NCBI RefSeq assembly: GCF_000181795.1
Contig: NW_003526941.1
Location: forward strand, 2,323,376 to 2,347,964
DNA from: Trichinella spiralis
Taxonomy: Eukaryota
DNA: 24,589 nt
Reading direction: 5' to 3'
The notes beneath the pieces are model-generated. The model was given only the letters and a program-made list of their open reading frames with translations. It ran no database searches and was not told the origin of the DNA. The translations under genes and the position numbers were made by a program. Shown here piece by piece: positions 1 through 10,871 of the stretch (positions are counted from its first letter, which is position 1; each line of letters starts with the position of its first letter).

Positions 1-1064
1 TCGATCAACTGACCTTCAATTTAATCAGTACAAAATGTGCTAATTTTATTAAAAAATTTTTTAGTTTATTTATATATATCATGCAGTATAAACTTGGTAA
101 AACATTTATGATACATTGGAACTTCGAATATTTTAATCTGAAATGCAAACTTACATAGTTATGCTCATAAATATTACATCTTATATTATTAAAATTCAAA
201 CATTTAAACTAAATTAAAAGGTGAATGTATGTTGTTATTTTAAAAATTTCAGTTTATGATAATTTTAGCTGTTTTATTGTGGCATACATGAATTCTTCCA
301 TTTCCGACATTAGGCTTACTAAAAGTCTATCCTCTAAATAAATTTTGAAACAATGGTAATGGACAATTGATAGAATTAGGTTACGAAGAGCGCAGGTGAC
401 GCAGTTTTAAAATGGCTGTTGGCACAGTGGTTGACCGTATGCATATATATGAGCGGCTCATTCATTGCGATTGATGGTGGAAGAACACTGAAATGAAACG
501 TTGCACCAACAATTGTTGAACAGATGCGACACCGCGTTTGCTTAAGCCCAGACAAAAGTGCCTTGCATCTGTTCCTGTCTAGGATTTCTTCTTCATCTTC
601 TTCACCTTGAACAACTGCGGTAGTTTGTTATGACAGTTGTCAGTTACTGCAGGCTGTTGCTGACTAAAAAGCAAATATCAGTAACGACTGTTATTTTTCG
701 AGCGATTATTGAAATCACCTTCATGTTTATTCAAGTAAAATAAGCAGTAAAGTACTATAGTGTTGCGAGTGATGACATAGAAAATATAGATAAATAAATA
801 TAGATACTGAGAATATTTACTTTGCTCACTAAAGTAGGACCATATTGTAAAATAAATGTTATGTAATTATTAACTTTGATGATGAAATTTTAAATAGACT
901 TATTTGCATTTCACTTTCTCCGATGAACCTCATTTTGTATTAAACATTATTTATTTATTTATTCATTTATTGAGTGAACTTGATTAAATATCAATTTTTA
1001 TTATATAAAAAAATTCATTCATTATCATGTACTGTTATAGTTCTTTTCAGGGTGAGACCTCTGA

Positions 1065-2743
1065 ATGATGATGTGTCGCACTAATTTGCAGCGCATGTTT
1101 GTTATTTCACTCCTGATAATTCTGGTAATTTCTACATATCATAACACTGTTAATATGATGAATGGATGTTCTTCATATTTTTTAAAATTTTTAATGTAAT
1201 TTAATTTCAACCTTTGAAAAATGCAAAATATGATGTGATTATGAAAGTAAATTTTTTGTTTTTGTTTATTGTTTATAACATTTTAAAAAATAGCATAATA
1301 CATCATTTTATATAATTTTTTTAGTTCACACATAGGTAAACTTTATTTATATTTACAGATACATATGCATATTCATACAGTTGTGGAATATTTAAAGCAA
1401 TTACTGAAATAAATTTAGATTAATGGAAATTTATCAGCTGAGCTGTATGATGATGGCATCTGTGGTAGACCAAAGTTTCAGCCGAAATTTGTTTCAGAAG
1501 ATAATCGAATTACAGGTGGTATAGAAGCAGTGCCATATTCTCACCCATGGATTGTACTTCTTACTTCATCTTCTGACACCGAATACAAATGTGGAGGAAC
1601 TATAATACCTTCAAGAGAACTCAATCGCAGTTCTTACATATTAACTGCTGCGCATTGTTTAGAAAATATAATGTATTTATTTTATGAAAATATATCACTG
1701 ATGCAATAACTTTTGTTTAACAAAATTCTATGAATTTAGAATATCGGAAATTATTGTTACTGCAGGAATGCATGACAGTAGTGTAAGCAGTGAAATGGGA
1801 AGGCAAGTTGCAAGAGTGAGCTCAGCTTCCATAAGTCCAAAATTCAAAGACAACAGAAGATACGACTACGCTGTATTGACGTTAGAACGACCTTTCATTT
1901 TTAATGGTTACGTATGCTCTGCTTGTCTGAGCGCAATGCATGAATATTTGAAACCACGAACGAAATGCTTTGCAGCCGGATGGGGAGCCACAACTGGCGG
2001 ATATTATAAACCAGGTAATGTATTTTGATGTAACTTAATTTTCGAAATTTAATTGCACTGTGAAAAAATTGTTCAAACATAAACTTATTTATAATTTGAA
2101 AAGATTTTTTGAATTCGATGAGATGGTAATTGTTGATAAGATAAAATAATAGCAAAATGAATTTTCTATAATATTTTTACAAAAATGGGAACGTAAAGTA
2201 AGAAAATGGGATATTTTTGATTGAAATATTAAAAAGAAATATGCATGAAAGTAATGTGTAAACTTCTTATAAATGTAAGAATTTAAAATATTTTTGTTAG
2301 TAATGGAAGGACGAATGCTACGAGGTAAACCACCATCTTTTCCTGCAAAGCTCAGACAAACAACGCTGACAGTGCATAGTCATTCTTTCTGTGAAGATGA
2401 AAGTGTATTTTCAAAGTCATATGATTCAAAAATAAATTTATGCGCCGGTGATGTATTTGGCGAAAATGGGATAAATAATGTAAGTATATTTTTGACTAGT
2501 ATATTTTATTTATAGAAACAATTCTTTAAATTTTGTTTCAAAATATTGACAACTGTTTTTATATTGTAGTGTGACTCAGGTGGTCCCTTGATTTGTCTCA
2601 AAGAAGGCTTGTGGACATTGTACGGTATAGCCAAAGGGCGGTCTTTGAATCACGTAACACAACCATCACTTTTTGTCAAAGTTTCTGGAATTACTTCCTT
2701 CCTTGAAGACATAACTGGATTTTATAAATATCTGCCAAGCTGA
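1065..2743 (+). CDS. Secreted S1A chymotrypsin-fold serine protease, tandem copy 1 (5 exons: 1065-1124, 1419-1672, 1740-2014, 2301-2479, 2570-2743)
   Basis: Spliced frame is continuous with GT-AG introns of phase 0,2,1,0. Signal-like N-terminus MMMCRTNLQRMFVISLLIILINGNLSA, propeptide DDGICGRP, activation site NR|ITGG, SHPW, CGG, LTAAHC (His57), YDYAVL (Asp102), GWG, CDSGGPLIC (Ser195), stop TGA 2741-2743. Confidence 0.92.
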
Positions 2744-3716
2744 AGTTGTCGACATTCAATATGCATTGCTATGTTTACCTTTTACTATTGCTGACTGATA
2801 AAGAGAATTTTTGCATTTTTCAGTCCGTTAATTGAGCTTCGCTTATCATGCTCTGTCAGCTTGTTTGTAAAATTTGCATAAAATTTATTTAATAAATGCA
2901 GTGCAGAATGTTGACACGTTTTGATGCTCAACAGCCAGTATCGTGGGATGCTTCTTGAAAAATGCAACATTATTTTTTGTAAAAATGACAAAATTCGACA
3001 TTGTTCCAACCGTAGCGTCTGTTTCACTTTTTGTTTCATTCAAATTTTCATCTATATTCTGTAAGTTTGTATGCTCGTTTTATGCATGTTTTTATTTTAT
3101 ATACTCTGCTTACTTGCAAAACTTTATGATAAGACTTTTTCTAGGGTGAATTTTATTGAGTTTATCAAATTTTAAAAATGCACTACGTTCATCATCAACG
3201 TAAGATATGGCTGCTATTTTCTCGTTCAGTTTGTCAATTAATTTTGTCCTCATCTTTACATTTATGTTTACATGAATGCCGTTAGATCAGTTAATTTATT
3301 TTAACAAAAAATCAGTTATAATTTAGTTCAACCTTACTGTTCAAGCATGAAAAGCTATCTATATTAGCATGGCATTGTTGAAAATTTTGATTGTTTAAAA
3401 TTTTGTTTTCTATTTTGCAGCATAATTTTTCGAACTAAGTATATTGAATATCTCTTTAATTGTTAATTGTTAATTTAAATTTCATGCGGAAACATGTTCT
3501 ATTTCAATATTTATTCTGCAGTGTGTCTTCTCTTGTGCTTCTTCTGCTCTTGCTAAACAGATGAAAGTTCAACGCATTTCATTAGTAATTAATGTTTCCA
3601 ATCTAATTTGTACCAATTAGCAAAAGTTGAATGTCAAATTCAAATATATAAAAATATATATGTAAGATAAATGTTCATTACCTCATTGTTCAGGTGATTT
3701 TTTTCTGACGCATTCA

Positions 3717-5192
3717 ATGCTTTTCAGTAAGCACAAATATTTGTTTTTCACCATCTTGATCATTCAGGTATTTCAAAAATTTATGCTTTTTTTTCTTATT
3801 TTTTTACCTGTTCCTTACGTCTTACTTAAATTGTTCATTTGATGCTTTTTGTAAAATTTAAGTTTCACACAAAATTTTTAATGCAGACTTCAATAGCTTT
3901 GCTTTTGCACAAGTCTATCCAACTTTATAATAAAATTAGATGGACAGGAGCAGGTCATTTAAAGTGAATGATGATGGTATATGTGGAAGACCAAAATACC
4001 AACCGAAATTTAATGTTTCTGATAATCGAATTACTGGAGGCGAAGAAGCAATTCCACATTCACATCCATGGATTGCTTTTCTTAGTTTAACACACGGCAG
4101 AAAGTTTGTATGCGGAGGCGTGGTGCTGCAATCTCACGAAAAAAATGTCACTTCCTATGTCTTGACCGCTGCGCATTGCGTAAAAAATATAAAGTAAATT
4201 TTAAATATTTTTTACTTTTCAGTAAGAATACTATTTCACTGGTTTGGATATTTTGTTTTACTAAACGCTTTCTAAGAAGTACTTGCATTCAGTTTTAGAA
4301 ATGTCATTTATAACTGAATAAATTTAATTTTAGTTTAGCTAACTTGATCGTTCAGGCAGGATTTCATGACCTTACATGCAATACAGAAAGAGGAAAGCAA
4401 GTAGTTACTGTTAGCCGAATAATAATCAGTGATTTATATATGACAAATTATGACTACGATTATGCAGTATTAATATTGTCTTCTCCGTTGAAATTTACTG
4501 ATTATGTTATACCGGCTTGCCTCAGTCAGGAGCTTGAAAATTTTCCAATTGGTTCAAAGTGTTTGATAGCTGGGTGGGGTGGTATTGATGGTGGAATCTA
4601 CAAACCAGGTAATTGATATTTCATTGCTTTTTATTCATTTGCAAGAAACATTTAATTTAAACAAAAAATAATATAATAATACGATAATGGCTTCACATTA
4701 ATATTGCAATTTTCCCAGAATACTTTTGTGTCCATTTGTAGTAATTAAGAAAAGCGGTGGAAACGTAAAGAGCATTTCGAGCAGATATTTGGTGCTGCCT
4801 AAGACATTAATGCAAGCAGTTATAACAATTATTGATGACAGCAACTGTAGCAATGCATTTTTTGCCTCTTATGATTCAGCCATAAATTTATGTGCAGCAG
4901 ATGTGATGGGAGTGATAGGAATCAACAATGTAAGTGTTGTTTAAAATGTTGCGCAGTGTACAGAATTAATGTGTGTATTTTAATTGTATACAAGTTTGAC
5001 ACTGATGCACGACTTGAATTTCAGTATGACTCTGGTGGTCCACTGGTTTGTTTGAAAGATGGTGTGTGGTCACTGCATGGCATGAGTGTTAGCAGAGCAT
5101 TTTTTGACAGTACTCAGCCTTCAGTATTTATTCAAATGCCTGCTTTAGTGGACTTCTTGAAAAATATTACAAGCAACTGCACTAATCAGTGA
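3717..5192 (+). CDS. Secreted S1A serine protease, tandem copy 2 (exons 3717-3767, 3940-4193, 4334-4608, 4742-4929, 5025-5192)
   Basis: Same intron positions and phases as copy 1. MLFSKHKYLFFTILIIQ first exon, DDGICGRP, NR|ITGG, LTAAHC, YDYAVL, GWG, YDSGGPLVC, stop TGA ending 5192. Confidence 0.92.
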
Positions 5193-5732
5193 AAACGTTT
5201 TATCATAAAACACTGAAATTTTTATAACTAAAATGAATTTTGTTATTATTATTATTATTAAAATTTTTAAACGTCATCAAATCGTCACATTATATTATTG
5301 CAGGCCATTTAAAATTATCTGTAATAGTTTTCCGGTAAAAATTAATTTTGAGCACTGTAAATTTGTAGCTGATCACTTGCACTGGTGTAATTGGCTTCAC
5401 CCACAGGGGATTGTTTTGAAAACTACAGGAAGTATTTCCAGTATACCAAGCAAAAAACCCTGTTGGAGTTCTTAAAATTGAACTGCTGCGCGTAGTGTGG
5501 AAAATACGGAATGTGTCATTTATTCTGTCAACAGGATTTAACAAAAATGAGCTAAATTGCTTTTAAAACTGATTTAAACTGGTCTCGTTAATTTGCAATT
5601 GAAACTTTTAATTAGTTTTCTTTGCACCGATTAGCTAAAAATACGCGTACATTGGCAGTAAATCTTTAATTTAGTATAAATAAGAAATTAATGTTTGCTG
5701 CATTTTTGTTGAAGTACTTTTAGAAGTCAAAT

Positions 5733-7596
5733 ATGAAATTTAAATTCAATTTCAATCCATTTCATGTTGCTTTGCTTTACAAAGTGTTCAGTGCTGCGAA
5801 TAAGCATAAATATTTGTTTCTCATTATGGTGGTGATTCTGGTAATTGTGGAAATTATGACATACATATTTTTCTTTCATTAATTCAGCAGTCTAATTTTC
5901 CGTTATTATTTGAGTTGATTTAATAATGTTGGTGAGAATTATGTGAAGTGATTCAATTTATGAATTTGGCTGTTGCCAGTCGATTTGAAAAGATAATTCA
6001 GATCAATGGGCGGTTCTGTCATATATTCCATTATTTACGCTTACATAATATTAACTTCTATCCAGGTATTTATGAAACACCATTCTTAAATATCACTTTT
6101 GCATTTATTTATAAGTAGTTAAAAGCAACTTGTTTTACCATTTGTATTTTGAGGTTTTTTTCATTGTTAAATTTAAAAAAATTTCTAATTTGAATGAAAT
6201 GTATAAGTTTAATTTTTATTTTTACAAGGTTTGTTTTTGAGATGCATTTGCTTTAGTATTATTTTTTACGTGGAATATTATGCATACGTATATATTAATA
6301 AATTTGATTTTTATGGTTTTATTAAAATTGCATATCATATGCAATTGTAAGCATATGTTTCATGAAAACTTATTTTAATTTTCATCATTTTCCTAAAAAA
6401 TTTTTTTATGATTTCTGGCTTTTGGAATTTATTATACTACTTCCCATGATGATGGTTCTTGTGGACGTCCAGTATTTCAAGTGAAATATAATATGTCTGA
6501 GCAACGCATAACGGGAGGCGTTGAAGCAAATCCGCATTCACATCCATGGATAGTTTTATTGCGATCTTTTCATTCTAATAAATACTGTGGAGGTATTATA
6601 TTGCCTACTTATTCAGTCAATTTCAGCTCGTTTATTCTTACAGCAGCGCATTGCGTTTATAAATCAAAGTATGTACTTTATGTTGTTTGTTTTAACATTT
6701 ATAAATTGGTTTTTGTAACTTATTATCACAATAATGCGATTATAACAATAACTTATTATCACAATAATGAATTTTATGATTTTTTTATTCTGAGAATTTT
6801 CTGGCATATTATTTCCTGAACTATTTTAGAATATCATATCTGTTGGTACTGGCAGGAGTACATGATATTCAAAGTTTGTCTGATGAAGGGATAGTTGCAG
6901 CAACTGTAAAAAATGTATTCATTCATCCATTTTACCTGTACAACAGTGATTATGATGTTGCTATTTTGAAATTAAAAAATCCGCTGTTGTACAACAGCTA
7001 CATATTGCCTGCATGTTTACCGCGTAAAAATGAATATTTAAAACCAAGAACAAGATGCCTAGCTTCTGGATGGGGCGCCATTGATGGAGGTGCTTATAAA
7101 CCTATGAAATGTAATTTTAACTTTTTCTTACAAAAATTGGCCATAAGCATTTTTTACAATCAATACACTTTAATGATTGTGTGTTTCAGTGCAAAATTCC
7201 ATCATAAGCAGAACACCAATATTTACGACAAAATTAATGCAAACGGAAATTATAATTCACAGTCACAGTTTTTGTCAGCATGAATCTGTGTTTTATGACA
7301 GTTACGATGATGAAATTTTTATTTGTGGTGGCGATACTTTTGGAATAAAGGGTGCAAACACTGTATGTGGTTATGGCAGGTTCTTATTTGTTCAAAATTT
7401 ATGTTGTACATTTTAATATTAGCGAGATTCTGGCGGTCCGTTGGTATGCATGAAATCTGGAGTGTGGACATTATACGGCGTGGTTAAAGCGCGTGGGCAT
7501 CATCATGAAACGCAGCCGTCACTGTTTATTAGCACTGCACGAATAACTGCATGGCTTGAAAGTTATACTAATTTTACTGATTTTGAAAAACGTTAA
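5733..7596 (+). CDS. S1A serine protease, tandem copy 3 (exons 5733-5840, ~6418-6668, 6830-7110, 7190-7362, 7423-7596); exon-2 acceptor is non-canonical
   Basis: First exon ends KHKYLFLIMVVIL|gt, homologous to copy 2. DDGSCGRP, QR|ITGG, LTAAHC, YDVAIL, GWG, RDSGGPLVC, stop TAA 7594-7596. The homologous exon-2 acceptor reads TTTCTG rather than YAG, so the 5' structure is uncertain. Confidence 0.82.
6716..6769. repeat. 21-bp perfect direct repeat (TAACTTATTATCACAATAATG x2, 33-bp period) in intron 2 of protease copy 3
   Basis: Copies at 6716-6736 and 6749-6769 read directly from the sequence. Confidence 0.85.
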
Positions 7597-8145
7597 TTTT
7601 TAATAATAATGATATGGATGCATGTTACAATAAAAAATAATGATAATTATTCTTTATTGTTAACCTGGAAGTTTAATAAAAGGTAGGTAAATTTGCGTGC
7701 ATTATGCTGAGTATCAGTGCAAAACTGATATGTTAATCATTTCTAACAGGACACCTTTATTTTTTGCATTAATCTGTCATACTGAAATGCTGCTTTGCAG
7801 TGTTTTTCGCTAAAGTTTCAAAATATTTAGTAACTTACCATTTTAGCGAACGTGAAAATGCGGAACAACTAATTACACTATTATGCAATGAAAACTGAAA
7901 TTTCCATTTTTAGTGTTTATTCAGCTTCAATTATTGTCTTATCATGTTGTAACATTTACTTAAACAAACTGCATATTAAGAATTTAAACTTATCATTTAA
8001 TATTAATGAAAAGCGATTTTTTGCTTTTACCGAATTTTATAGCTTAAATTTATGAATGAAGTCTCAATCGTAACTTTGAATTCTGATTTACTGTAAAATA
8101 TTATCTATAATGCTTAATCAGTGCATGTATGATAAATAAATTTAG

Positions 8146-9503
8146 GCACCGATTGATAGTGAACAGATCAAGGATGGCAATCTAGAGTGTGGTCTTCCAA
8201 AATATCAGCCAATATATGAATTCTCTGAAAATCGAGTGACCGCAGGTGTAGAAGCGATTCCACATTCACATCCGTGGCTAGTTTTTATTACTTACAAAAT
8301 GAAATATGATAAATGTGGAGGTGCCATATTACCATCCAGAGAAAGAAACTCCAGTTCGTTTATTTTGACGGCAGCTCACTGTATATTCAATTTGAGGTAA
8401 TCATAATTGCGATATATTTGCATTTGTTGAAAGTTTTCCACATTATTCATGATCAGTGCCTATGGAAGTTTATTAAATATGTTTAATATTTAAATATGTT
8501 TGATTTCTCAAAGTTTTGAAATGAGTAAAGAAAAATGCAAAAACGGATCTAGATCTCATGGTAAGTGTTTTAGTTTTATGTAGATTTACGTTAATTAAGC
8601 GTATTTGCAACTGAAATTAAATTCCGTTTCCGGTTAATTTATGAACACTTAGGAAAGAAGAAATTATAGTTACTGCTGGAATGCACGATCGAAGTTTAAA
8701 CAACGAAATAGGAAGACAGTCTGCTTATGTCAAACGAAGGGTAATTAACATAACATACAAAAAAAATAAAGGCTATGATTATGGGATCCTGATATTACTG
8801 CAACCGTTGAAATTTAATGATTACGTGAAACCAATATGCATTTGTAAAGAAAGAGAACATCTGATGCCAGGGACAAGATGTTTAATAGCCGGATGGGGTG
8901 CCATAGATGGTGGCGCTTATAAGCCAAGTAATTTTCTCCCTCTTATTTTGAATTTTATTTAAATATGGATTTATTTGAATTAAAATAGAATTAATATTAC
9001 TTTTTATGTGTTTATTTAATGTTAGAGACGTTTTTAATAGACAAGTTCTGTTTTTTCCATTAAAATCGATAGTACTCTTGCATTTATTCATTGTTTTAGT
9101 CATAAAGAACAACACTATTACGCACAGGCAAACAGTGTTTCCCACAGTATTAATGCAAACAGTTCTAGCTGTTTATAGTAATGCCTATTGTGCAAATGCA
9201 TCTTTTTTTTCCAAGGGATACGATTCTGTTATTAACTTATGCGCAGGTGATGACTTGGGAGAAAAAGGAGTCAATAATGTTAGTGTGACGAAAAAGTAAT
9301 AAACTTAATTGTGTAATAACTTTTAATTGAAGGCTGATTCTGGAATGCCATTGGTATGCTTGAGTGAAGGTCTATGGACAATGTACGGTATAGCCAGAGG
9401 GCGTTCAGCTTTTCCCCCAAAGCGACTATCATTGTTCATCCAAATAGCATCTATAACGAGATTTATTAATTTTTATACCGGTTATTTGATGCAGGGAAAG
9501 TAA
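8146..9503 (+). CDS. S1A serine protease, tandem copy 4 (exons 8146-8396, 8653-8927, 9100-9278, 9333-9503; first exon not identified)
   Basis: LECGLP propeptide, NR|VTAG activation site, SHPW, LTAAHC, YDYGIL, GWG, ADSGMPLVC, stop TAA 9501-9503, AATAAA at about 9582. Introns are phase 2,1,0 as in the paralogs. Confidence 0.88.
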
Positions 9504-10832
9504 TTTGAACTGCATTAAGCATATTCATTTTTTGATTATTATAATCCAACGAATTAATGACAAAAGTCATGTTAAAATCATAATAAAATCTTAATCTGCA
9601 TAGATTTGCAAATCACTTTTGAAATGCATTATTCATATTGCAATTGTACTACATGTTGTATTCATGAAAATGATTATTGTAATTTCCGCTTAGACGTTTT
9701 ATTAGCTCTGAATTGCACACGCATGCTGAAACAATAAATGCATTCCTTTGTCAAAACATTTACATTATCTGTAATACTAATAATTTGGTTGCACTGTTCA
9801 TTAATATTTGTCTAATGAACTGAAAAAATATTTTTCGAGTGATGTTGGGTCAGAAAAATGATAAAATCTTATTTTTCATTTTTTAACATCAAAAATGTTT
9901 TCATTACGTTGACTGAAAGCTTATTTCTAAGAAAATTGTTGTTGAATTTAATCTGCTTTAGTAAGATGAGTAGAACAGTAACATGTCGTTTAAAGGAAAT
10001 TGTACTGTTTTGTGGGATGATGAACCCACATAATTATATTTTTCTAAATTATTCATAATTCTGAATGGAATTATGTACGACGGAGCAAAATCAAATATTT
10101 TTAAAGTTTAATGTGTTTCATAGCTATTATAATGTTGACTCCCTAGAATATTTTTTTGATAATTATAATCACGGTCTATTAAAACTATGCATTGTAATTA
10201 CATTATATTGCATTATATTCTAACTTTATCTATATTTACTTTTATTCTTAACTTATATAAGTGCATCTGATAAATGTTAGTTCCAGATCACAAATACGTT
10301 TTCAAATACGTTTTAATTGCATCATTGAGGGAAGACTGCAACTTTTCCGTTGAAAATGAAAAAAAGAAGTTGCACATATTGCATTACAACGATTATAGTT
10401 TGATGCAGGCATACTTGATTTATACCAGTAGTTTTGCTTCTAAAAGGTTTTTATAATTTTTTTAAGTTTTATTTATACAAAACGGTTTCCTATTTGTAAA
10501 AATGTTTACACTTAGACTGTAATATTAAATATAAGATGCATTTTTTACGAACAGTCATCGTTTCAAAACTGGATTTAAAAAAGATATTACTAATTTATGC
10601 AGAATCTCAAAACAGCTTGCAAAAGATAGCTGCTCAAGCTATGGTTTGTGAATAAAAATTTGAGCTACTCATTATGAAAAGCAGAAATGTATGTTGTATT
10701 AAATGAAATCAGTTTCTTTGATTGTTAATGTAAAGTGTATACAGTTAATTTTGTTGTAATATTTTTGCTTTTTAAGTATTAATTATTTAATTCTACTGTA
10801 TTTTTAAGTTAATCTCTTTTCATGCAATTCGT

Positions 10833-10856
<24 letters not shown>
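10833..10856. repeat. (TA)12 microsatellite
   Basis: Direct reading; degenerate TA run continues to about 10873. Confidence 0.9.

Positions 10857-10871
<15 letters not shown>

Noticed and set aside
1325..1335. Possible 11-nt micro-exon (TTTTAG|TTCACACATAG|GTAAAC) in intron 1 of protease copy 1
   Set aside because: Inclusion would shift the frame; exon 1 joins exon 2 in phase without it, as in copy 2.
2785..5544. Intergenic ORFs 2785-3039, 2943-3149, 5233-5475 and 5290-5544
   Set aside because: AT-biased composition, no motifs and no consistent splice structure.
1065..9503. A single multi-domain polyprotease gene
   Set aside because: Each unit ends in its own stop codon and copies 1-3 have their own signal-like first exon.
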